From Nageia nagi (Eukaryota; Plantae; Pinophyta), in assembly GCA_050084985.1 (NCBI GenBank), contig JBITNC010000002.1, positions 38,688,001-38,752,000 on the forward strand: 64,000 nt of DNA. Direction: 5' to 3'. Positions 39,058-51,439 of the stretch are shown piece after piece. The position numbers were made by a program, and so were the translations under genes. How positions within the stretch are numbered: the first letter of the stretch is position 1; every line of letters starts with the position of its first letter. The notes beneath the pieces are model-generated. The model worked only from the letters and a program-made list of their open reading frames with translations, ran no database searches and was not told the DNA's origin.

Positions 39058-39482
39058 TATACTCCTTTTTGATTCTTTTGGGGCATCCCAAAAGAGTTAT
39101 AACTATGGAAATTCTATGAAGACAATAATACACTCCATTTTAATTCTTTAAGAGCATCATAAATAATGCACAACCATTGAAATTTTATGGAGATATTAAT
39201 AGACTTCCTTTTAAATCTTTTATGGTATTATAAAAGATCCACCATCATGGAAGTCCCGCATATATATATATATACACACAATCTGCATAGGGATTCCATG
39301 AGAATTGATCTTTTACAATACCATAACATATCTAAAAGAGAGTCTATTATAATCTTCATGAAGTTTTCATATATATATATATATATATAATATCTGCATG
39401 AGGATTCTATGAGGGTTGATCTTCTACAATACCATAACATATCTAAAAGAGAGTCTATTATAATTTTCATGAAGTTTTCAAT
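39058..39482. repeat. Tandem-plus-inverted repeat cluster with (TA)n spacers
   Basis: 39281-39369 and 39391-39481 are direct copies, and both are inverted relative to ~39176-39260. Confidence 0.8.
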
Positions 39483-39789
39483 ATTAAACATTGGATTTGT
39501 GTCCCATCAATCCTTTAAACTAGAAAATGAAAGTTTTCACCTTGATTCTAGATTTATTTCATGAATACCCAATGAAACCAAGCTAAAAGGGGACATAGAG
39601 GATGCATCAAAATAATAGAATTTATTTTATAGCCCTCCATCACTGATAATATTACATATCAAATTTAGTCATACATTTAACTTTGAGTAGATTTTTAGTG
39701 GAGTTGGGTGCAGCACCATTTCCTTGAAAAATGTCACGACTCGAAAGTTTCAGTTGGGATGGGGAGGCAGAAATTGTCTACTTTTTCGG

Positions 39790-42570
39790 CCCACGATTTT
39801 ATAACCATCACATTTAACCTTGTACCACGTGTTTTTCAAACTACCAATAATAGTCAGATAGCACCTTGTACCACGTGTTTTTGAAATGACAAATTCCATT
39901 AGGAGAATTGGATAGTGATTGTGAGGCTGATTTAAAATGGGTTTGTGTTAAGAGAGCTTTTGAGTTGTGATGGGATAAAATAGTATAATATATTTTAAGA
40001 TGTAAAATAATTAGGTATGTTTTTGTCATATTATAATTAAAAGTAAAATAATTGTTATTTTTAAAATAGTTATGAAGTATGGAAGTATGATATGAATTTT
40101 GTTTTTGAATAATGAAAAATGTGATGTTTCATGGTTCATTGAGGAATATTGATTTTTAATGTAGATAGAATTTTAGATAGTACAACAAATTGGAATTGTC
40201 TTGAAGTATTAAAGTAGATGTGATGTCTCTTGATTCATTGAATAAATTTAGTAAATGTAAAAATTAAATTTGAAAATTAGAAATTATATATGTAAGAGAT
40301 AGCTAAAATATTTTTTATCTTGTATTTGTATTTGTCAGAGATAAATATTTAAATTTATGTTAAAGTACATAATAAAAAATTATATTCAATTCAATTAAAA
40401 AAATGAAAATAATGAAAATGATGAAGATAATAGATTAAAATAAGATAGACAATATATATATAACAAAATTTTTCCCTTTCATATGTTAATGACATGTTAC
40501 AAAGTCTAGTTCAAGGCTTCTAAATGAGGTCAAGTTTGACTTCTCATTGATGGATGTCCATACCTTCATCTAAAGCTCCCATGGTGGTGTATGTTGAAAG
40601 AATGCTTGTAATTGTTATAGAGTTTTTTGTAAATGCATTTGAGACATCTTTCAAATGCATTTTGAAAATACTTGTCAATATTTTTAATGTTATTTTTAAT
40701 CATATTTTTCCAAGATCTAAAGACTCATATGCTTTTCTATTTCCTCTAAAACATAAGTAAGGGCTCTACTTTAGGCTACTTCGTAATTCAATGAGGGTGA
40801 AATATAGAAACTTAAAAAAGTACCAATCGATTATTATCTCTTCAATAAAAAAACCACTTGACAAGATAAATCCACCACCTTTGCTATCTTGAAATGACTT
40901 TTAGATTAAACTTTCATGTTAAATATCTTAACCAAACCAAATCTTAAGAAAAGATAAGAAACTAATGAATAAAAATTCAATAATTTATCATTCAAGATCT
41001 AAACTAAACTATATCTAAATAAAAGATATGGAGCTAAATAATCAAAATTAGTTAAGTAGCATAAAAGATGTAATTACCCAATCCTCCATATGGCCAATGT
41101 AAAACCATAATTTTATGATACCTTTATTATTATTATAATCTTTAGTGTTAATGAGCTAAGTTTTATTATGTAACTAATTTTTATATAATTATTTCACCTT
41201 TTTTTTTTCTACCAAATACTATGATAATACTTGCATTTTATCTTTTTAAAATGAAAATATGTAGTTATATAAAAAATAAAAAAAATATGTTTTATTTAAA
41301 TAGTTATTCAATTGTATACATTAAATATTTTAAAAAGAATGTATGTATAGTATAATTTTTTATTTCATATATTTTATTTTGTATTTGTTGGTAGTTCATT
41401 CTTAGAAATCTATATCTCAAAATAATATTCCATTATGAGGGATTGTTTTTAGGAGTTCTCTTTCGTGAAAGTCACATAACCTTGTGTAAAAGCTTTTAAC
41501 TAAAATTTGTAGCATGTCATCAACATGTAAGAAAGAATTTTCTTGTAACATATATATCTTCTCTATCTTATTTTAATATATATCTTCTCTAGCCTCTCTA
41601 GCTATGGCTTTAGTTGGTTGCATGCTCACCTTAGCATCTTGAGCATGACATACATTGGTTTCCTGTGAACATTAATAAACTTTCTTTCTTTCTATTATCT
41701 ATATTATTTTCATTTATTTTATTTTTTTATTGAATTCAACTTAATGTTTTATTGTATACTTTCACATAATTTTAAATTTTTATCTCCTACAAATACAAAT
41801 ATGATAAAAACCTCTTAGTTATCTCTTATACAATTTTTAATTTTCAAATTTAATATTTACTTCAAGACAATTCCAATATATTGTACTTTGTAAGCGTTTT
41901 TGACTGCATAAAACGACCATTCTTCCTCAATGAACCAATGAATCAAGAGACTATCACATTTTTTACATATTTCGTCATATTTGAAAAAAAATTCACAACA
42001 TACTTCAAAAACATTTTAAGGATGAAAATTATCTTACTTTTAATTGTAATAAAACAAAAAAATATTTAACTATTCTACAAGCCAAAATAATTTTTTTTTC
42101 TTTTAAATTTAAAGTATAACCTACTATTTTATCCCATTACGACTGAAAAACTGCGTAACTTCAACCCATATAAAATCAACCTTGCAGTCACTATCGAATT
42201 CTCCTAATAGAATTTGTCATTTCATATACGGGATCCCACAATGCACTGCATGTTCTATCTGACTACTGTTCATAACTCGGCTTTAAAACATTCGACTTGA
42301 AAAGAGGCCTTTTTTTTTGTTCTTACTATTATAAGATTGTAAAACACGTGCTACAAGTCGCAATTTCCTTGTCACAATTCCACGTTGTCATTTGATTTAT
42401 TCATTTACTTTGTTCTACCTACAACTTTGTTTTTTTTTTCTGTTGATTAGTCAAATTATATCCTCTCTTTAGGCCTACAAATACAGGCCGGGAATGTCCA
42501 AGTTTCATAAGAATTTTGTTAGAGATAGTCTACAAGTCTACGAGTCTCATATTATAAGGATTTCGTGGGC
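39790..42570. repeat. Long diverged inverted repeat (~39790-40435 vs ~41690-42570) covering the paralog B promoter
   Basis: E.g. TGAAATGACAAATTCCATTAGGAGAATTGGATAGTGA vs TCACTATCGAATTCTCCTAATAGAATTTGTCATTTCA; TTGGAATTGTCTTGAAGTA vs TACTTCAAGACAATTCCAA. Confidence 0.85.
42345..42350. promoter_or_regulatory. G-box (CACGTG) in the paralog B promoter
   Basis: AAAACACGTGCT ~275 bp upstream of the ATG. The CpG is retained in an otherwise CpG-poor window. Confidence 0.5.
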
Positions 42571-42621
42571 TTTTATCTGCATTTCCCTATAGATATTTTT
42601 TTTTTTTTTTATTGTTTTTAA

Positions 42622-44094
42622 ATGTCTCGGGTTGATTTTAACGGGAGTTTGCCCAAGTGGGGAAAATCTTTTATTAGAGTTGAGGGCATTGATGAAATTG
42701 TAAAAAACGAACTACAAGAAGTGCCGGAAAGATACATCAGAAGTGGTGAAGAGAAACCGTCACCACCTGGAACCACAGTTTGCGATCAGGAGGCCAACAT
42801 ACCTGTGATTGACATGGCAAAGATTGCACACCCACAACACAGACAACAAGAGATCAGTAGGATTGCCAAGGGTTGTAAAGAATGGGGTTGCTTTGAGGCA
42901 AGTTCCGAGCTTTAAAAAATATATTTTAATACTAGCCACGGTCTCTCTTTCATGCATCCTTGATTTTAGTTTACCTTTTGGAACAATATGGCGAGTAGAA
43001 GTTTTCAATAATAATACTGGGGTCAATGTTTTTGCAGATCGTCAATCATGGTGTTTCTCATTCACTAATGGACAGAATGAAGAGAGTTGGTAAAGAGTTT
43101 TTTGAGCTACCAAAGGAGGAGAAAGAGAGGTATGCTGTGAGACCAAGTGATCTGCAAGGCTATGGGCAGACCTTCGTTGTTTCTGAAGATCAGAAGTTGG
43201 ATTGGGGCAATATATTAGGATTGATCATGTGCCCCACGGAACTCAAAGACCTTAGCATGTGGCCAACTATTGCTGATTTCAGGTAATTATAAATACTATA
43301 GATATTATTGTTGGCCTGCTCCAAATGAAATTTGAACGTTTGAAGGTCTTCATGTTATTCACTATTGTTCAGTGAACATTATGATGATTTGATAAAAAAA
43401 ATTAATTTGGTCGATTACTTGTGACTGTTCAGGGAATGTGTTGAAGAATACAATGCTGAAATCAGAAGACTTGCTGAAACACTTTTGGCTTTGATAGCTG
43501 AGACATTGCTGTTGCCATCTGATTTCTTTGAGAAGAGATTTGGCAATATGTACCAAAAGATGAGGATGAATTACTATCCTCCATGCCTCAGGCCAGATCT
43601 TGTATTAGGCCTAAGTGCACATGCCGACATGACTGGCCTCACACTATTGCTCCAAGATGATGAGATTGAAGGATTACAAATCCACAAGGATGACCAATGG
43701 ATAACTGTGAAACCAATTCCTTATGCTCTAGTCATCAACATTGGAAACTTGATAGAGGTATATAGAGCTTGAAAAAACTCTTTTCTGTTCAATATAGAAT
43801 TGTGAATGTTGGTTTGTTTAAGTGATGGAGATGATTGTGCAGGTTATGACAAATGGAAGATACAAGAGCATTGAACACAGAGCAGTAACAAATAAGGATA
43901 AAGGGAGGCTTTCAATTGCCGTATTCGTCGCTCCTGGATTCAATGAGGAAATTGCTCCTGCTGATCAACTTATTGATGAAACTCACCCATGCTTGTTCAG
44001 AAAATTCATACACGAAGATTATGTAGAAAATTATTTCTCTCGTGGAGTGGAGGGAAAGAATTCATTGTATGAATATGCGGACATCAATAACTGA
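42622..44094 (+). CDS. 2-oxoglutarate/Fe(II)-dependent dioxygenase (DOXC class, SRG1/LBO-like), paralog B; exons 42622-42897, 43038-43282, 43433-43757, 43843-44094; ~365 aa
   Basis: Spliced ORF is open (276+245+325+252 nt). Same intron positions and HAD...H, RLS motifs as paralog A. First intron donor is AG|GCAAGT. Exon-4 differences from paralog A are mostly synonymous. Confidence 0.95.
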
Positions 44095-44216
44095 GATCCC
44101 ATGAAGTAAAAACCATTGTAAGTGAACTGATATTTAGCCCAGCCTACTTAATTGGGCAGTGTGGATGGGATTGGATGTATTTAAGGGTGGTCCGATGGCA
44201 TCAACAAACACAAACA

Positions 44217-47200
44217 TGTTGAAGATTCTAGAGTAATTTCAAGTTGGTATACTTCTGTATATAGATTGATTGTAAATATATATATTTTCTAGATTAGAGA
44301 TATGCTTAGCTGGCTGACAGATTTGTAGTCCTAAACTTTAGCATTCCAATTATGTATAGTGGCTATTTATGCCCACAATATTGTAAAGAGCAAAGTATGA
44401 ATGAAAACCAAGTTTGACTTGGTATTAGAGCATCCTGAAAAACACCATATGGCTTCCGAATCATCAACTCCAGTAATTCATATCCAATCTGAAAATTCTG
44501 GCTTCTAGGCCAAAGTTGTCCTCATCGAAAGTAACTATCATGTATGGTCCCAAATATTAGAGATGCAAATCGCAGGACGTGAGAAGCTCGAATATATTAT
44601 TGGTAAAACTGATCCACCAAAGGAAATTGATGCTGCCTATGCAAAGTGGTATGCAGAGAATCAAAAGGTCAAGGGTTGGTTACTGATCTCCATGTAGGTA
44701 GAGATAATGAAGCGTTATCTCCGATTGCATACCACAAGGGAAATCTGGAGTGCTCTTGCCAAAGCATTCTATGATGGATCATATGAGACACAACTCTTTG
44801 CATTGAATCAGCGTGCATTCACCACCAAACAAGCTGGTCGACCTTTATCAACTTATTACGGTGAGCTTGTCGAAATTTTCCCAGAATTAGATTATCGTGA
44901 TAAAGTTATCATGAAGGATCCTGATGATATTGTCACCTATAAGAAATTTGTTACACGGTTGAGAGTGCACATCTTTCTTAGTGGGCTGGATGCAGAATTC
45001 GAACAAATTAGAGGTGAGGTTCTTCGGAAGGACCTCGCAATGGACCTCGATGACACCTATGCCTATGTCCGTCGAGATGCTGTACGCTGAGCCACCTTAA
45101 ATGTTGAACTTGATAATCTTGAATCTTCCGCTCTAATGGCTCGACGTGCTAACCCTCAACCACGATAATCCACTCAAAAAATTGATTTTGACCAAGCACG
45201 ATCTTAGAAGGGCAGCTATGAAATAGGTGTTGCCAAACTTGAACATTTGTGAACTCACTGTGGTGAGATAGGCCATACAAAAGCACGGTGTTATGACTTA
45301 ATTGGCTATCCAGATTGGTGGGATCTAGCAAAGGCACCATGCAAGTGCAATTCCAAGCCAAATCACCAAGCTTCTGTTGCTATCATCAAACCTTCTAATG
45401 ATGATGCAGAAGCTTCCTCTTTGATTGCTACTTCAGGTAACATTGGTAAGGTTTTCCATACTTCTGCATCAGATTGTAGTAGTAGTACATGGATAATTGA
45501 TTCTGGTGCTACGGATCACATGACCTTTGACAGTCAGCATGTTCAGTCTATGAAACAGTCCACCACACATATAGTCTCTACTGCCAATGGCAATCCCTCA
45601 CCTATGATTAGAGAATGTTCAGTTCCTCTATCACATAATTTGAATCTTAATTCTATTTTAGTTGTACCTTCCTTTAACCATAATTTATTATCTATTGCCC
45701 AAATAACTAGTGCATTGTATTGTGTTGTGATTTTCTAGCCTAACCATTGTGTTTTTAAGGACATTCAAACTCGAAAGATGATTGGTTATGGTACTAGAAG
45801 GGGGAAGCTGTACTATCTAGATCTTAAGCCTACTAGCTCACATCAGTTGGCTCAAGCTCTTTCAGTGGATCAGATTGACAAATCCTTTGAAATTTGGTTG
45901 TGGCACAAGCGCTTGGGTCATGTGTCTTTTCGATATTTAAAAAAATTATTCCCAAATTTGTTTTCTCACTTAAGTACTTCAAATTTCAAATGTAGTATTT
46001 GTGAACTTGTAAAAAGTCACCATGTATCGTTCCCATTGAGCATGAATAAAAGTCCAGTACCTTTTATGTTGATTCACTCTGATATATGGGGGCCAGCCAA
46101 ACACCCTTCCTTGAATGGTTCTTGTTGGTTTGTCACATTTATTGATGATCACACTCATATGACTTGGGTTTGCTTGATGAAATCAAAGAATGAAGTTAGC
46201 TCCTTGTTTCAAAAATTTCATAAGATGATCGCCACTCAATACCAATCTCACATACAAGTTCTTCGTACTGATAATGGTGGAGAGTTTGTTAATCAGGACC
46301 TAAAGAAGTACTTGCAAGAACATGGCATATCTCACCGGATGACTTGCCCTTATTCCCCTTAGCAAAATGGGGTTGCATAGCGCAAGAATCGCCACCTACT
46401 TGAAGTTTTACCAGCCTCTTTGTTTGGAGCTCACATGCCCACCAGTTACTAGGGTGAAGTGCTCAGTGTTGCAGCTTACTTCATTAACCATCTACCCTCG
46501 AGCTTGTTGAATTTTTAGACTCCTTTTGAAGTTCTTCATTCGGCTATAACTGCTCCTACTGCTCCAAATTTATCACCTAGAATTTTTGGGTGCATGGCAT
46601 TTGTGTATCTTCCTAAGCCGATGCATGATAAGCTGGAACCACGAGCACTACGATGTGTCTTTGTTGGCTATGCCCCACTTCAGAAGGGCTATCACTGCTA
46701 TCATCCCCCATCACAGAAAATGTATGTCACCCTTGACGTTGTCTTTCATGAAAATGATATGTACTATGCTGTTCCTGAGTCCTCAATTCAGGGGGAGAGA
46801 CAAAATGGATTGCAGACTCTAAATCTAAATTCTTCTTTGGACCAATCGGATACAAGTGGTGAATTTTTTGGATAAAAGTGGTGAGTGTCTAGAGGAGGCA
46901 ATTGGGCAGCATGAGCAACCTGTTCTTGACCAACCAGATGTTAGTTTAAATGAGAAAAATATTCAGAATCAGATGGAAGCAACTCCACTTCAAGTACCAT
47001 CTGACCAATTTTTTTCTGAAGATAATTCCTTTCCTGAACCCCAGGTACAACCCCAGGTACATTCTGAATCTCAATTCCTTCCAAAAGTACTACCTAATCG
47101 AGCCACTAGAGGTATACCTAGAGCTAACTATGAACCTGTTCTTAGTTCCAATCCTAAGTATCCCATGAGCAATTATGTATCCTACCAGAGACTGTCAAAA

Positions 47201-48989
47201 GAAAGTAAGTCATTTGCGAATCAATTATCTACTGTATCTATTCCTACTAACATACAAGAAGCTTTGGGAGATCTTAGGTGGAAGGAAGCTATGAATGAAG
47301 AAATGAAGTCACTTCAAAAGAACTCAACTTGGAATGTTGTTGAGCTACCTGAAGGAAAGAAACCTGTTGGATGTAGGTGGGTTTTCATAGTCAAATACAA
47401 GGTAGATGGAACCATTGAATGATTCAAAGCTAGACTAGTTGCCAAGGGGTACACTCAAACTTATGGAATTGACTACATGGAGACATTTACACTAGTAGCA
47501 AAAATCAATACTGTCTGTATTCTTAAATCCTTGGCAGTGAATCTTGACTGGCCATTGCACCAATTTGATGTGAAGAATGCCTTCTTGCATGGAGACCTTC
47601 AAGAGGAAGTATACATGGAGTTGCCCCCTGGATGTAATATGCAGTTAGAAGGTGGAAAACATGTCTACAGATTAAAAGGCCCTATACGGTCTAAAGCAAT
47701 CTCCGAGAGCATGGTTTGGAAGGTTTACGAAGTCAATGAAGGCTTTTGGATACAAGTAGAGTAACTCAGATCATACTCTTTTTGTGAAGCATAATAAAGG
47801 AATGATTACTTATCTTATTGTGTATGTTGATGATATGATAGTAATGGGAAATGATTCAGAAGAGAGGAGAGCATTGCAGAACCATCTGGCTCTAGAATTT
47901 GAGATGAAGGAACTTGGTCCATTGAAGTACTTCATTGGTATTGAAGTGTCAAGATCAAAGGAATGTGTCTTTCTATCTCAACAAAAATATGCCTTAGATT
48001 TACTAAGTGAGACTGGTATGACGACATGTAGTCCAGTTAGCACTCCTATGAAAGAAAACTTGAAGCTAGGCATATATCCGAATCAAGTTCCAACAAACAA
48101 GGAGAGGTATCAAAGATTAGTTGGGAAACTAATGTATTTTGCACATACTCAACCTAACTTGGCATATGCACTAAATGTTGTAAGCCAATTCATGCATTCT
48201 CCAAGTGAAGAACATATGAATGCAGTTACTCGCATTTTGCGCTACTTGAAGTCATCTCCAGGAAAAGGGATTATGTTTAAAAAGGGGAATAATCTGGATG
48301 TCAAAGGATACACTAATGCAGATTGGGCTGGATCAATCAAAGATAGGTGGTCTACAGCAAGGTATTTCACTTTTGTAGGAGGAAATTTGGTCACTTGGTG
48401 AAGCAAGAAGCAAGTTGTAGTTGCTCTATCTAGTGCTGAATCTGAGTTTAGAAGAATGACTAAGGCAATATGTGAATTGTTATGGATCCATAATTTATTA
48501 AAAGATCTGAATATTAAGCATAACAGCCCAATGAAGCTATATTGTGATAACAAGGCAGCTTGTGATATTGCCCATAACCCAATTCAGCACGATCGAACCA
48601 AACATGTGGAAGTTGATAGGCATTTCATCAAAGAGAAACTAGAAGCAAAGATCATTGAAACACCTCATGTCTCATCTCAAGAACAACTTGCTGACCTACT
48701 CACCAAGGCCGTATCAAGTCGAGCATTTCATGATGGTCTCAACAAATTGGGAATGAGCGACATCTACACACCAACTTGAGGGGGAGTGTTGAAGATTCTA
48801 GAGTAATTCCAAGTTGGTATACTTCCATATATAGATTGATTGTAAATATATATATTTCCTAGATCAGAGATATGCTTAGCTGGCTGATAGATTTGTAGTC
48901 CTAAACGTTAGCATTCCAATTATGTATAGTGGCTATTTATGCCCACAATATTGTAAAGAGCAAAGTATGAATGAAAACCAAGTTTGACT
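44217..48989 (+). mobile_element. Full-length Ty1/copia LTR retrotransposon (4773 bp, short 203-bp LTRs, probably Ale/Retrofit-like), inactivated
   Basis: LTRs 44217-44419 and 48787-48989 differ at 7/203 positions. 5-bp TSD AAACA (44212-44216; 48990-48994). PBS TGGTATTAGAGC at 44420 (tRNA-iMet type). PPT GAGGGGGAG before the 3' LTR. Domain order gag-PR-IN-RT-RH. Confidence 0.97.
44449..48779 (+). pseudogene. Disrupted copia gag-pol polyprotein
   Basis: ATG at 44449. Zinc-knuckle remnant HCGEIGHTKARC, protease WIIDSGATDHMT, pre-integrase WHKRLGH..C..C, integrase [31 protein letters not shown], RNase H NADWAG..HDRTKHVEVDRHF. Many in-frame stops and frameshifts. Confidence 0.95.
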
Positions 48990-50127
48990 AAACAAAGGGT
49001 TCATCATCAGTAGCACAAATTTATATAAAAAACAGTTGAAATTACATTTGTTTAATGTTTGAGTGGGAATGATGAGTAAAGCCTTTACTTTCACTACCTG
49101 AAAACAAGAATCCCTGTTTCATGGAACAAGAGAATCGGTGCCATTATACAATGCTCATGTCTTAGTTGCCCACTTTCAATTGTTGTGATTCTATTAGCTT
49201 TAGTATATATCTAACCTTTTAGATTGTGGCATCTAACTTCAATGTTTTTTTAGTGATAACATAGAATGATGAGTAAAGCATTTAATTTTTAGCTACTTGA
49301 TAAGAGAATCAGGTTTGAAATTTGATGCCCGCATTGATCGAACCTTTTTGAGGTTTTTAAACGGTTTTTACAGTCAGTTTTTCTTTTTAATAATTGCAGG
49401 TGAAAAGTATATATTTTTTATTATTATATATAATAAATAAAAAGTTATAAATTTATTGATTTTTTAAAATATTCATCTATAAAAATAATATATATATATA
49501 ACTAATTTAAAAATATTATATATAATTAAAAATATTTATATTTAATTCAAAGAAAATATATTTTTATTATATTATGAATGTTTTTAAAAGAACATAAAAA
49601 ATTTAATTATATTCTGATGAACATTAAAATATTGAAAACGCTATTAAAAGCAGGGACAAACATCAAATTTCAACTATCGTACCATTATACAATATTCATT
49701 TCCTAGTTGCCCACTTTCAATTGTTGTCATTTCATTCACTTCAAATATTATATAATATATATCTAACCTTTTAGATTGTGGCATCTAACTTTAATGGTAG
49801 AGTTTGGCAATTTGTCGTTAGGTGGTTGTAAATTTATTATTGTTTAGTGATAACAAAAATTTGTATAGCATCTTACTAGTACATGGATTCTTAATAGTTA
49901 ACTTTTTTCTTCCATTTAGAGTTTTTCAGCTTTAGATTCTCTTCAATTCTTTAACATGATTGAATGAAAGATATTTAATTATTATTGAAGTATAATATTA
50001 TAGTTAATTAATAATATTTTTATTTAAATTGTCAAACATTTTTAATTTTAATTTTTTCATTTTTATAATTAATATTATTTTTTAGAGGTTTTAATTATTA
50101 ATTATTTTTTAATTGAAATTCAATTCG

Positions 50128-50129
<2 letters not shown>

Positions 50130-50185
<56 letters not shown>
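50130..50185. repeat. (TA)n microsatellite
   Basis: Seen directly. Confidence 0.95.
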
Positions 50186-50191
<6 letters not shown>

Positions 50192-51439
50192 TTAATTTTT
50201 AGTTTAAAATATTAAACAATTAATCTATATAGGGTGATTAATATTATTAAAAAATTAAAAGCATAATACATTTTTTATTAGTATAATTCTACATTTTAAA
50301 TAAAGTCAAATTTCCAAGAAAGGAATAATAATCTTATTTAAATATATTGTAATTTTAATAAGCCTAGTTTTACATTCTTTACATATCTTAAAATTCTAGG
50401 CTATATTTTTCTTCATATTTATGTATATGTTAAAATCACATATTGTAGTTTTTCATAATTTCATATATCTTATATTATAATATTTTTATATTAACACATT
50501 TTAAAATCTTATGTGTTCTCTATGTGATTATTTTGCATGTTTAAAAATGAATAATATGGGTCAATAACAAAATTCCCACAATAATTGTAATTCTTTATTA
50601 AAAAAATCTAATCTTTCTCAAAATTATGCAACTTATTGCCCCATCTTTCAAAGAAGACTTGCAAAAATATTTACTTATCTTTCAAAGAGGATTTACCAAA
50701 AGATTGCCTCATATTGCAAAGAGGAATTACCAAAAGATCACCCCATATTTTGAATAGGACTTACCAAAAGATAATCCCATATTTTAAAGAGTAATGAGCA
50801 TAAAGGTGATGGTTCATAATTTCAACCAATAAGTGGCTACTTATAAGGGCGATGGTTGATAACCTCAACCAATAAAGGGTTACTCATAGAATTAACTTAG
50901 ATCAATGTTAGATCATTCAACAAATAAATCTCAAAGCATTGTCAAGGTTGCCCCAATTAAGAGGACTTATCAAATAACATTAAACTTCCAAATATCAAAA
51001 TATTCAAGCATCATTAAATAAGCCATATTCAATATCAATCATATTCCCCAATTAAGAGGGCTTACCTTTATCACATCATAATGTAAAGCATAATATCATT
51101 GCATTATCAAATCTCAAATCATTCAAGAATTGTCCAATCTTAAAGAATCATCCTAAGATAATGTATCATGAAGACTAAAGCATCATTAAGCATTATGAAG
51201 ATCAAAAGATAAAGGTTTAACCTTTTTAGATTGACTTTTTTTTCAAGTCGCCAAGCACAAAGGATTTTATAAAATATCAAATAATATGACCTCTTTTTAT
51301 TCTAAATTCACTTAAATTGAATAATTATTTATTTTTTTACTTTATGAGACTAACAATATAAAATATGAACTAGCCATATGAAATTTTTCCCTAATTTTGA
51401 GCATTGATACGTAGAGTTTTCTACAAAATTTTCTCAAAA

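Noticed and set aside
26118-44094. Assigning gene symbol LBO or a specific pathway (e.g. taxane biosynthesis)
   Set aside because: Similarity is judged from memory and shared with neighbouring DOXC clades; the species is unknown and no other pathway genes are in the window.
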